Shown piece by piece: positions 45,020 to 57,292 of a stretch of DNA of 64,000 bases. Under the pieces are notes generated by a model. The model had not been told where the DNA came from and did no database searches. It saw only the letters and a list, made by a program, of their open reading frames with translations. This DNA is from Amphiscolops sp. MND2022 (taxonomy: Eukaryota): positions 25,978,001 through 26,042,000 of the forward strand of contig OZ076410.1 of the NCBI GenBank assembly GCA_964187785.1, written 5' to 3'. Position 1 is the first letter of the stretch. Each line of letters opens with the position of its first letter. Position numbers and translations under genes: made by a program.

Positions 45020-45147
45020 AGAAAAATAAAATTTGTAGCATTCATGAAGTGAAAAAGTGCCTAAAATTTTATTTCAGTTTAGATCTAAACTGAAATAAAA
45101 TTTTGGGCACCTTTTCACATTTATGAATGCTACAAATTTTAGTTTCT
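45020..45147. repeat. 128-bp spacer-less imperfect palindrome
   Basis: Centred on AGA|TCT (45083/45084), with a perfect core AAAATTTTATTTCAGTTTAGATCTAAACTGAAATAAAATTTT. Confidence 0.9.
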
Positions 45148-46039
45148 CGAGAATTTCAAAAAACTGAAAGCAAAAGCTGTGATTAATACACAATCCTTCC
45201 CAGAAGGACTTTGTATTCTTTGGTGGATTCGTAAGGATCAGTAATTTCCGAAATTTTGAAATTTAAAAATGTCTAATACATTTCTTAGTTTATCGGAAAT
45301 ACACAATGATTCCATTTAATTTCCATTGCAATAAATGCCAAAATTTGAGATACTTCCCCTTATGGAATAGGTCTATAAAAGAGACGTCCCAATTAACAAA
45401 AATGATAATTTGTCTCCAACCTTTTGGTATCAAATTCCATGTTTTTTTCCAGAGAAAATACAGACTAAGGCTTTTCTGGTTGTGACACTCATAATTACAT
45501 GAGGCCAATTCTCCGAAGGCGTGGTATCAAAATTTCAGAGAAAACTGCTTTGCCGAAGAACAATTAGTCATTGTAATAAATTCACCTGACCGAAACATTC
45601 TTCGAATTCAAGAAATTTCCAACTGGTAAACTGGAAAGTTTTTTAACGAATTGTGGTTGCACATATGTTATAAATACTTCAAATAATAAATATTGTGTAT
45701 GTTTTTTTTCAATAAAGAAGTTTTCTGCTCTAAAAATGGCACCAGACGTTAGAAATTACCATGTTTTGTATAAACGATTTTGCAATTTCCTTGATGAGCT
45801 GATGTGTGCCTAACTTCACATATATCTTGACAACATCACCCAACGTATACATAAACATCATTGATAACAGTCTTAGGTAACATGAATTTATTATTCTTGT
45901 CTATATCAAATGAGGAACACCTACAGTTACCTAACCGGGATGCAATCAAGCGCAGTCTACTGGTGGTCACCGAAGGTGCACCCAAAAACGACCAGTGTAC
46001 GACCGAGGTGGTATTTACAGCTTTTGCATTGGGAACTTG

Positions 46040-46239
46040 ATTGGTTTTCTCCAAGTCCGTTGATTTTTGGTAACGTAATATGCGAAATCAGTTCAAGGAT
46101 TTTATTTTTGAAAAAAAACGATACGAGCCTATTATATATATATATAATGGGCTCGTATCGTTTTTTTTCAAAAATAAAATCCTTGAACTGATTTCGCATG
46201 TTACGTTATCAAAAATCAATTTACTTGGAGAAAATCAAT
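46040..46239. repeat. 200-bp spacer-less palindrome centred on (TA)n
   Basis: Arms are nearly perfect over 46081-46198, with a few more mismatches outward. Confidence 0.9.
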
Positions 46240-48730
46240 AAAGTAGCTAGTCCACTACTTTTTGCATTTCGAGGAGTACGTAAAAACATGGGATTTTCAT
46301 GAAGTAGTCAAAGTCTAAAAATCCACAGAGGTTACATTCAGGTTTAAGTTTTTGCTTTAATTTTGCACGTGGTTCTGTTGAGTTTGAATTTCTTTGCGAT
46401 TGCTTTTATTTCGATGATTTAATCTTCTATTGAAAAGTTTTATTCGCTTAACAACGGCCTTGTTTGAGATTAATTTTCGACTTTTATTGCTTTCAATTTT
46501 TGCTCCAAGACAAAAAAGAATAGAATCTTTCATCTTTGATATGTAGGAAGTTGCGAGTTTCCTTGCTGTTTACAAGTTTCACGTTTTCGAAAAATAGTTG
46601 TTCCCCAAATACTGTCTAATCGTCCAGCTGATAGTTGTTCTGATGGTTTTTCATTCAAATCATTGTGCTTCATGTCCCGTAGCGTTTCCACTTACCTGTT
46701 TTGTTACTATGTCACTGGTATCAAACTCAAGTTGAGCAAGACGGAAACCTTTTTAAAGCGTCGTTAGTTCACTGTTTTGAGCCTCTCCGCAGTGCACAAC
46801 CAAAGCACGTAACTCTTTGTCAAGAAATTGCAACAGCTTTTGCGTTGTTTTCTCAGAATCATTTGATACCAAACCGTGTACGTTCGAAAAAGGTTACATT
46901 TGCTTTCTCTACATTGGTCAACTTTGGGTTCAAATCTGGATTTTCATGTGGTCACGTGCTTTGGAGGATGCATGGTCGCATAGGGTCAGTTTCAGCTACA
47001 GTTTTGGAAAGAAGCTCTTTTTATCTTAGCTGTTATTGAATGCGTCATCTTGGCTCTTGGTTGTAAATCACAAGGAAGTAACTTCATGGAGATATGTTTT
47101 AAGGAAGAGCCCAATGGAGCAGTCCACTATTTCGCAAACTCAAATCTGACTTACAGAGCTTTCCTGAACTATAGAGACATAGTTAGCCCCGCTGGTAAGG
47201 GCCTGAATACCGGGTCGACTTTAATTTCTCCTGTATTAGAGATTGAAATTGACAGCACATTCAAGCACTTGCTTGAAAATGTCTCGGATTTAAAAGCAAA
47301 ATCAACCAAGTGTGGCCTTTCAAGTTAAATTTCAAATGGTTCTTTGATTATATAGCGGTAAATCTTCTTACTTCCTCTATAAAGATTAGGTTTGGTAATA
47401 TATTGGCATTTTGTAGATCTTTTGAGTGAACTTTTTGTGGCTGATCAAAAATACGAGTTATTTAAACACCAAGCAGTACCGCTTCTCTCAAGAAATAATA
47501 CATTCCATGCCAATTTTGGAAGCTAGCCAAGTTGTTCGCAGCGCTATTAAAAGTTCGTCAAAAATGTTCCATATGAGCAACCAAATAGGATAAAAATAAC
47601 TTCTCTATTTTGTTTTGTTCTGAAATGTTTCATTAATTTTGACAGTTCATGAATTTAAAGTCTCGAAATTTAACACCTGCTTGCTTGTTGTTTCAAACTT
47701 GGCACATCAATCATTTCTCATCGAATGCATTCAATAGCTTTGTAAATGTGTGTAGAAATTTATGAAATACGTTTAAAACACTGTTCAACACATGTTGCCA
47801 CTGTTTCAAAACAAGTTGTCAGAAATCGCAATGATAAGTTCAGAAAATTATTAATCTAAAAAATGGTGCCAAAAATATTCAAAGCGTTTTGTAAGAGCAA
47901 ATAGCCTTTGAAAAATGCTGTTTTTTCGTTTTTCAACTTCATCTGAGTAGACCTATTTAGATTTAATGAACCTTTAATGAATTCTCCAAACGCTGTCAAT
48001 GGATTTCCATGTTTGCATAGCTCAGCTGTGAGCTCAATATTCCTTTAATTCCTGTTCTCTATTTTAAAAATGGTTTTAAAAATATGCCTGAAGTTGGTGT
48101 AATAATTGAGTACATGAAATTCGAACTTCCATTGAAAACGCGAAGAGACTTCCAAGTTTTATATATTCGAAGTTTAACTTTCATGTGTACAAATTTATTT
48201 TAATGAGATTAAAGGGAAATTTTCATGGAAGTTTTTCGAAGTTTCAAGAACTCATATTTTTGTACAGCTTTGTAACGAAACCTCTGACTTTTACTGACAA
48301 TTTCATTTGGGAAATCTAAGAAATTGGAAATTGGTACATAACATACAATCCTGAAACTAGACAAAGGTTGTTCACTATCAGACACAAGGTACTTCCAAAT
48401 GAGTTCCGAAAATAGAAAAAGGAATTCACAATTATATAGACATGAAGAATTTGACTACATCTCCTTTAAAATGAGTGAAAACTGTGTGCTAACCTTCAAA
48501 AATTGGCAAAGTTTTTGATTGCTTCCAAAATTTGAAGTGTTTGCAAATGGGGCCAAAGGATGAAACCATACTGACAATGATGAATTCTAATTTTTGAATT
48601 CATTGATTGCATCTACTTTCGAGAACGTCTCCACTTCAAATTCCCGAAAAATTCGGGTCACAAAACTTAAAGATAATTGCAGTATTTTGTATTACGTCTC
48701 TTCTTTCTAGTTTGGTAATAACCAGGGGTA

Positions 48731-49782
48731 CCCGGGTCGACCCTCCATGGATATCTTAGTAAGATCTTGGCAAGATCTTGCCAAGATCTTGGAAAATTCT
48801 TAGCTAAGATCGTGACAAGATATTGCCAAGAATTGCAAGATGCCATGGTAAGATCTTATCAAGAGAGCCATGTTTCCAAGAAAAATCTTACTAAGAAGCC
48901 CAATATGGCGAGAAAAATCTAACTAAGAAGCCGAATATGGCAAGAAAAAAATTGCTACGAACTGCTCGATATCGAGAAAAAGTAAAATCAGAAAACCATT
49001 AAATTAAGAGTTATGCAAAAATAATCTAGACATCACTCTGATTGAACAAAATTACTGAATGATTTTTACAACCATTTCGATATCGATTTTTTTTCAATTG
49101 CAAAACTGTCCCCAACAACGGCGTCAGATAAGCCTTGAGCTGTCATTACCCCAAATAGAGCAATGACCGCCGTGTCTAGCAGTAATAAGGCTGCCAACTA
49201 AACAGGCTCAAAGAAAGCTGGAAATATGATTCTTGCAAAATTTTCAGGATTTTAAGGTCTTTCCTTTGTAACTTTCCGATAGTGGATCTAGACGTTTGAG
49301 AGCATATTTCTCCGTCTCTGGAATCGACAGGAATGATAAATTACAAGTTTTGAAAAGCCCTCGAAATTACCTTTCATTTGGTACATTCGGCATTTTTCAG
49401 TCTTAAACAGGCGAGGAATTATTAGGATTCTCGTCAAATTTTCTGAAGCCAGACTACGTTATCGTAATTTTTCGCGCATTTTTGCATGCAAAATTTTTTC
49501 AGCAGGTTTAAGCATTTTGATTATGAAAACGAGTAGAAATAGTCGTTGTTGGGTGAAATGAGCCTTTAGATTGAGTCTCGGCTGCTTGTACCGAAGGTAT
49601 AGTGTTTTTTAATAATCTTAAAATCTTGTCCATCGTGATAAGATACGATCTTGGAATAAGTATCATCTTAGTAAGATCTTAATAAGAATCTTGCCATGGG
49701 ATCCATGGCTGCCAAGATGTACTAAGAATTTGGCAAGATCTTGCCAAGACAGCCAAGATGCTAGTAAGAGGGTCAACCCGGG
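48731..49782. mobile_element. CCCGGG-family MITE, copy 2, TA TSD
   Basis: Same TIRs and subterminal repeats as 3796-4762, with TA on both flanks. CCC ends with a 2-bp TSD suggest CMC/EnSpm-type (inference). Confidence 0.85.
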
Positions 49783-50399
49783 TACCTTAAGTTGGAACGA
49801 TCATGCATAATCACAATAGTTTTGGTAAACTGGGTTGGTCTAACGTTTAGTTCTTACAATGTTTTCAGATATCGAATCTAGTTGCCATAAAAAATAACAT
49901 TCTATAGTCATACTAAGCTCTTCATGTTTTCCACCTATGATAATTCATGACTTCCATGTTTTCGATGAACGGTGATCATAAAACAGAGTTTGTAACGGCA
50001 CCCTCTGGTACAGCAAAATCAACCGATTTTGCAACTTTGACATGTTCAGAAATTTTGTCAAAAATTCTAATTCAATGTGTGACGTAGCACTGAGCATGCA
50101 ATTGCTTTTTTCGCTGTTTTCGCCATTTTCAATGCAAAACGAAACGAGAGCAGACCGAGCGAGAAGAGAACACAGAGAACAAGATGGCCCCAAGAGCCCG
50201 TATATAGACTGTGAAAACCCATAGAAAAACTCTTTTGATGTGCTAACCCCGGTTGTTATTGATTTTCAGCATTATGCTACCTTATGTAGCGAAAACCATT
50301 AAAATGAGTCTGTTCGCCTAAAGATCTTCGTTTGGTACTTGGAGCCCCTGCGCTCCAGTTTGTAGCTGTGTGATTTGTCATATCCATGCGTGCTTTGAT

Positions 50400-51200
50400 G
50401 CATAATATTTTGGATCGTTTTGGCCTGAGAGCTCGTTTTGGCAGCTTTAGATACCCATTCCGGATTTTAGATACTATTCTGATGTCACCATGGAACTGGA
50501 AATTTACCCTACTATTGGATTTGTTTTTATGTGCTAGTTAAGCGGTTGTCTTTAGAGAGTCAGGAATATGCCCGTTACTATTAGCAATCAAAGAATTGGA
50601 CAGGTTGGACAGTATTCGTAGAGACACCCACGGCCCAGGAAGGTAATTCACCCCTTGAGACAAAATGGATCTGTGGTGATGGGCGCCTTTCCCGAGCGAT
50701 TCACGTTTCACCCATTTCCTCGGGTTCCTCCAACTCAGTTAATGCGTCAAGCCACCAATAACAGCTTATCGTTACAATTCCTTTCCCACGAAAACCTTCG
50801 GATAGTATAATTTTTGCGGTGGGGTCGAATATATGTCATCACGTCACTGAAAGCTCTGGTATTAACTACAGATACATTGGAAGTTTGTGAATCGGCGCCC
50901 TATTTGATGTTAGAAAACAGTGGAACAAGTTTTTACCTAAGCAATAACTCTTTGGTTACAGCCATGTCCTTTTTAGGAGGATTTCCGATTCATTCGTTTC
51001 GTTCTACATTCTAGCGTTTTGGACAGACATAGCTATATTGATTGACGTTAGCCCTAACTTACCACGCCATTCTAAATATGCTCTTTTCATATCTAGATTG
51101 GGTTTTTCGTTCCATGTCGCAATCTGCCTCTTATAATGGTATCTAGTACCAAATTACTCCCGACGGAAGCATCACAGCTACCCCGCCAGTTGCTCTGCTT
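50400..51200 (-). pseudogene. Possible ancient LTR-retrotransposon integrase fossil
   Basis: Scattered weak motifs across frames (W*VRANVNQYSYVC; PSPQIHFVSRG) in locally higher-GC sequence. Many stops. Confidence 0.2.
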
Positions 51201-51790
51201 AATTGAGAAATCTAGACTTCGCGTGCAGTGAATCAGAATGAATCACTTTGAGTAACTTTGATTTAAACAGGAAACGCGTTCACAAGGACCGATGCTATAG
51301 TCCAGTTGACGCATTGTCGAAAGAATACAGCAGTGAATCATTTTGCTGGAATTCGAGTACTACCACTTGTGCTGTAGCCAAGCGGACTTATCGTCAATTT
51401 TAGTGTCGTGAGGGTCAGGTGTTGTGATTGATTTGATATCGGTTTAGAGCTTGTAAACACACCGTCATATGATTGTTTTATGTTTTTTTGCTTATTCTAG
51501 ATATGAAACCAATATAGTTAGTGTAGATGCTATTTTTAGAAGAATATGACGTCATATTCTGTTATAGTTACGAGTTGTTTGTAACCACTCTGAAGTTATT
51601 TTGCAATTACCTAGCTCCATGACATCATAATTTGAGCGTGTCATGGTCAGCTAGGTATCAAGCGATTCTACCTGCTATACAAGGGACATTCAAGTTGATA
51701 CCTCCGTACCGATAAAAGTTCCCTATTTTGATTCTACACCTATTCTACATTCTCAATGAATTAAATCTCTGAACTATCTTCACTTTTGTG

Positions 51791-52310
51791 ATGCCTTCAA
51801 CCTGGAAACAAAGAGCTAACACAAAGACATGGACGGGATGTTTAATCTTTAAAACATGGATATTATGCTAAGAATTTTCACAAAAAGGTTTTGTAAATCA
51901 CCCGGACAACAGAGAGGATGAACCTGACTAAGTGCCAGTACAACTCACGGAAAATACTAATACTTCCGGAGTTGATTTTAGCTCTCTCGTTAATAGTAAT
52001 AATAGAGGAGATAGTGAGATCACAGCTGGTACTGTTGGAGCTATTAATTCAGAATTAAGTTCTCGAATGGCAAAGCATTTAGAGGATTTCAAAATTGTTC
52101 TAAATTTTTCGATATTCGCAGCTTTAAACACCGGGGAAAGAGTAATACCAGAATTACAAGGTAGTCCTGGCATTCTAGAAAATGAGTTAAATGCAAGGTT
52201 GGGCCTTCAGTCCGTTGGTGTCCATAGGAACCCCGAAAGTGAACTAGTCAAAAAAGCTATTGTCAAACACTACAAAAATTTAGTGTTTAAACGTAACCCT
52301 ACTCGCTATG
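51791..52310 (+). pseudogene. Diverged relic of the LTR-embedded Gag N-terminal domain (candidate solo LTR of a related family)
   Basis: MPSTWKQRANTK / MDGMFNL*NMDIML / SELSSRMAKHLEDFKIVLNFSIFAAL..ERVIPELQ aligns with the giant element's MPSTRRQKAKTR / MDMMSDMDNLDIML / LELSQEMDSMMAMVHSQINRAISTAISEKVLPEIQ. Confidence 0.7.
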
Positions 52311-52959
52311 CTGGGGAAAGTTTCGTAGACTCACAATCTAGTGAAAGTCGTTGCGACATTCCAGTGTATCGGTATTTTTGTTTTTTTGTTTCAATACCAT
52401 TCCAATCAAATAAACTTTTCCTTTTTTTCGATAGGCTAATGTACACAAAGAATGCAATGTATGAAATCCATAAAAGGACCATTGTATAGAAAACATGCTT
52501 ACTATACAGGGACTATATGGTTTAATTTCTTGTCTGCTCATTGTACCACTGAACAGATTCTATGCATCACCATATATGACAATTTTATCTATATTTTTGT
52601 ATGGAGCGCAATTCATATTGGAAGGTCATTTTGAGATCAAGGTAACATTTTGACATTGTGTACCATATTCTTACCATCAACTTCGACGAATGAATCATGT
52701 CTTCGAAGACTTGGCAACAAATATATTCCAAGTAGGAATTTCTGAGTATTAGAGTCTTGGCCAGTTAGAACATCAAAACTGGGCCAATTAATAGTTTGAA
52801 AAACAACTGGTTTTATGATTAACCAGGGTCACATTCGTTCAGCAAAGACAGGTATTTTTTGAACAATCGAATTTTCATTTCAAAAAAGTAGCTTCCGTGA
52901 AATTTGAACTTGACCAAAAATGACCAAGAGCTTCCAAAATTCTGTCTGAAAAATCTGAG

Positions 52960-53460
52960 GCAGCACATACGTGTTATTCAGTTTGATGGCAATTACGAAA
53001 TGAAAATATTTGAGGAAAACAGGTTCACATTTTACAAGCACTTGTGCTAGAGCCGCCCTGGTTGGAAATGTTGAACATTCTACATGTTTTTGTTGGTTAC
53101 CAAGCTAAATTTCTATGATTTTTAAAGTTCTCAAAGAAACTTCCATGCGTTAAAACTTCACTGATTCGATTTAATTTTATCAAGCTGCCTATAAAATGCA
53201 TCTCAAGTTTTTGTTGCATCGCAATGTTTTGCAGGCTTCATTAAGACGCCTTTCTAACTTTGAAAGCAGCTGAGACCATCATCTTTCAATGCAAATAAAC
53301 TTCAGTCACATTATAAGTTTCAAAGTAGCGTCATATTCAGCGTGCTATTTGACTAACGGTGATTACTTAAGGTACTTTCTTGAGAAACTCTCGCGTAAAA
53401 ATAAAGTGATCGCGGCGGTAAATAAAAGGAATTGTTTCCAGTTTTAATTCAAATAGTGAA
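52960..53460 (+). repeat. Dispersed repeat family R1 (uninterrupted copy)
   Basis: Colinear with 7860-8254 plus 13049-13085. Confidence 0.65.
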
Positions 53461-53575
53461 GGCTGCTTTGTAATCCTATAAAATTTTTGTTTTTTGTTTG
53501 TAAAATAAAAATTACACTGCATGATTGGTAATTCTTTATTTTAATAGTGTGAAACTTTTTCTCGTGAACTTCAAG

Positions 53576-53678
53576 CAATGGAGCGCTACTTCGTAATCCG
53601 GAGACCAGCCGCACAAGTACCCGAAGACCACGGCTGTATAAACAGTGGCGATTTGTGGAAGAACGTCGTCTTTCTCAG
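53576..53678 (+). pseudogene. Class A GPCR exon, TM3 end-ICL2-TM4 (probably frameshifted)
   Basis: Acceptor CTTCAAG and donor AG|GTGAGA. Reads (G)CA-MERYFVIRRP. The downstream part looks more TM4-like (HKYPKTTAV*TVAI-LW) in a shifted frame. Confidence 0.6.
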
Positions 53679-53907
53679 GTGAGAACAGTTTATAGTTTGA
53701 AAAACGTCCTTGATGGTTGAACTACATGTCATTAAATTTAAAAAAAATCAATGATTTCAACCTAGTCCTTTTCGAACTGAGTTTCAGTCTTCATTAGACC
53801 AATGAGGACATATTGTCACTTTAGGCTGGAATTGGCAAATACTGAGTCTGATTTCATCGTGGGAAAAAACGAACAATAGTTCTAAGTTACATGACTTTCC
53901 AACAACG

Positions 53908-54578
53908 GCGCAGTAATAGCGCCACGATTAACCAGATAAATGATATACATTGCACACTAGATTACAATTTGTGGTAAAACTGTTTACATGAAATCATCGC
54001 AAAGACAAAGATACATTCCATATTCGTTGAGCATTTCAAAAACGACCTGATTTTTAGTCGGCGCTTTTCGTAGAAAACGCAGACTACAGCAGTGACTTTT
54101 CTTTTTTTAAGACCAACGAAGTGACAGATTTTATAAGTTGACTTGCACTGACACTAACTGCCACACTACTTCTACTGTCACTTGAGATAGAGGTTAATTA
54201 GATAGAGGCCCCCTTCTACATTTTTCGGCACTATGCGACTTGCCGGAGACCAAAAAAAATTGAAAAAAAAGTTCAAAAATTTTCCATATTTTTCCTCATG
54301 CGGTACTGTAGAAGAGAATACTTGACACTTTGAAGTCCTTTTCCTATTTTCGAGCCTTAGATATGGGACAGAATTGGGCCGTTCCCGGCTTGTTAGCATT
54401 AGCAATATATTGTTAATAATGAAATCAAGTCGTTCTTGAAATGCTCAACCAATTTGGAATGTATCTTTGTCTTTGTGATGATTTCATGTAAACAGTGTTA
54501 CCACAAATTGTAATCTAGTGTTTCAATGTAAATTGAAATCTAGTGTGCAAATGGTTAATCGTGGCGCTATTATTGTGC
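53908..54578. mobile_element. MITE with ~150-bp TIRs
   Basis: 53908-54055 is the reverse complement of about 54421-54578 (TAATAGCGCCACGATTAACC ends). Confidence 0.75.
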
Positions 54579-54687
54579 TTTTAAAACGTGCGTTTTTATA
54601 TTGCGCGTTATAACCTTCGACTCTTTCCTGCCCCCCACACGCAAAGTTTCAATATGAAACTTGTCTCCTAAGATAGAGTCATGCATA

Positions 54688-54888
54688 CAGTCCGAGAAAT
54701 TCAGTTGTTGCAAGAATTGTTGCAACAACTGAATATCTCGGACTGATACTTCTGGCTGAGGTCATCATGTTATGTGCATCGCACTGACAATACAGGCAAT
54801 GTATTAGAAAGCTCTAGAGCTTTCTGATACCTTGCCTGTATAATCAGTGCGATGCACATAACATGATGACCTCAACCAGAAGTATCAG
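54688..54888. repeat. Two abutting palindromes (54688-54745; 54743-54888)
   Basis: The second is 146 bp, centred on AAGCTCT|AGAGCTT with no spacer. Confidence 0.85.
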
Positions 54889-54974
54889 AAAATTCTTCCG
54901 ACAGATATTATCTTGTCTAGCAAAACTTAATAGTCATGTAATACTGATTTGAATTTCATAACCGTTCACTCTTC

Positions 54975-56070
54975 AGATATAAGTATTGAATGCAAAGATT
55001 TATCACATTAAAAACTAGAGTTGGCGCTATCGTGATGTTCAAAAGCAGGGTAACGAATGTAAGATTTTAACGTCTAAATATACAGCGGTTGCATTGATCG
55101 TTTATTTTGAAAACCAAACTATTGAAGGTCAAACTTCTCACCATTTCCAACATAATTTGTAATTTTCTACATCATCTTGCTGACACGGTATGTATTACAA
55201 GACGCCCGCTATGCACCGGGATATTTTCCGCCTTCAATTGATTTACTATAGACGCTTAAATTTTAATCAAAAATTTACCTTCTCCTTGGTGAAATGCAAT
55301 TACTTCGGATACAACGTCGAAATTCGGATATAGCGCAATAACAGTGAAACTCCGCGTCCTCCTTAGTAAAACGCAACATAGTTCCGATATAACGTCAAAA
55401 ATTCGGATATAGTGCAATATTTTGGAACCTCCGCTTCCTCTGTAGTAAAACGCAATTTACATCGGATATAACGTCAAAAGGGCAGATATAGCGTGCTGGG
55501 ACAAATCGAAGCGCACTTTTTCGAACCTCAGCCTCCTCATTAGTAAAACGCAATTAGTTCGGATATAACGTCAAAAATTCGGATATAGCGCAATAATTTC
55601 GAACCTCCGCTTACCCTTTAGTAAAACGCAATTCACTTCGGATATAACGTCAAAAGTTCGCATATTGTGTGCTGGGAGAAATGGGAGTAAGTAACTACAC
55701 GTGAGTAAGTAACTACATGTGAGTAAGTAAATGGAGCAAGTATAAAATGGAGATTTGGCAGAATTTGTAAAAAAAAAACGTAACACAGATCATGATTTTC
55801 CTCCCCCATTTATGTGGGCGGAAAATAATAAGAATGTATGTGATCATATGCTCGAAAAACCAAGTTTCATATAGTTTTATACAAAACTAAATTGTTTCCC
55901 ACGTAGAACCGGATGATCACACAGCTAGGTAAGGTTATAAATAAAAGATCAATACAATCGCTATATATTCAGACGTTGAAACTTTAAATTCGTTACCCTG
56001 CTTTTGAACATTACGATAGCGCCAATTCTAGTTTTCAATGTCATAAATTTTTGCATCAGTTCAGTATATA
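54975..56070. mobile_element. TIR element (~130-bp TIRs) enclosing a ~77-bp x5 tandem array and an 18-bp x3 repeat
   Basis: 54990-55107 is the reverse complement of 55941-56055. Units begin AGTAAAACGCAATT..CGGATATAACGTCAAAA (55290-55680). GAGTAAGTAACTACAC/T repeats lie at about 55685-55730. Confidence 0.75.
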
Positions 56071-57292
56071 AAATTCTCGATCGAATCAAATTTTCTTTTT
56101 TCTTTTTTTAACGTTATAACGTTAAAAAAAGGAATGTTGATTCGATCGAAAAGTTAAATTAGTGAACTGATTCAATCAAGACTTCAATCAGGAGGGAAAA
56201 ATGTTCACACCCAAGAGAACCAATTCTCAAAAGCAAAATATGACTCATTAGGTTAGGTCACCTCTTCATCAATAATTACTCGTTGAACTAATATTTTACA
56301 TCTCAAGAATAAATCATTACCAAACAAGTCCTCCAAGGTAAAAAAAACTACTTGGATGAAAATTTGACAGATTTTTGAAGAAACTCAAAACATTTTACTA
56401 TTATTGACAGACCTGAAAACTGAATTCAAGGTTTTTCGTGAATATGAAATTCGAATATTCGATTTTCTCATGGTCCTTTTCGTCATCAGCTAATTGGTAA
56501 ATTTCTGAACAGCCCAGTTCACCTTGTCTACCATTAGTTTTCAAACATCAAAGAAAAAACTGACCAAAAATGTTCTAAATGGGAGTTTTAAACGAATGGA
56601 GTTTTAACGACCATCGTATCTTAACTTCCTATTTACACACGCTGATAATCCATTTTTTCCGAATTTTAGAATGCTGTAGCATTGCTGTGGATCACCCCAG
56701 CGTATGCAAATCCTATCTAGGCGTTGACGAAGTGTTGACGTAAGTTCTTTTATTCGCGCTGTGTTGAATAATTGACCTGACGAATAGCTGAGATAATTTA
56801 GCACATTCTGAAACATCCTGGTTGAGAAAAAATGTGTTTCTTGCAGGGGTAATGCGCTTTCCGCATTAATTCCTTGGAAATATTTTTGCATGCAATTATC
56901 TTGCCAGGAATTAGGCACCTTTCAAGATCTTGCCGGGAAGCTGTTTCCTGGAAAGGACTTGAAGGAGTTACATTTCATTATAAGACTCTCACCTTTTGTA
57001 CAGTTACGTAACTGTACAAAAGGCGAGAGTACGGCCGGTGTGTGTCTTTGGTCCGGTTGCAGTTTTGGCCTGAAACAAATCAAACAAACTTGTCAACCCC
57101 CAAAAACTTCCTTGATATGCTATATTACAGTATCTGTTTGGTCTATTAACATAAAAAAAACACTGTATTTCCTTCATTAATAAATGACAATAAAATAGTA
57201 ATATTTTTTCAGAAGGTAGTGTATTTACATTTTTTTTAGTTTAAAGTAGGAAAGAGGTATCATTAAGTTTTGCAAGAAACAATACAGATAAT

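Noticed and set aside
46350-47039. Minus-strand exon or transposase relic around CAGGTAAGT (about 46688-46696)
   Set aside because: The similarity to hAT C-termini (RLDSIW..ERFYS) is too weak, and no consistent exon structure was found.
55290-55680. CRISPR-like repeat/spacer array
   Set aside because: Inter-repeat segments are homologous to each other, no cas genes are present, and the context is eukaryotic TE DNA. The same applies to 6405-6836.
56604-57180. ORFs of 104 and 96 aa as host genes
   Set aside because: No motifs or splice support; they partly overlap MITE-like AAGATCTTGCC sequence.
53679-57290. Further GPCR exons (TM5-TM7, NPxxY or retinal Lys)
   Set aside because: Searched by eye and none found, so an opsin assignment cannot be made.
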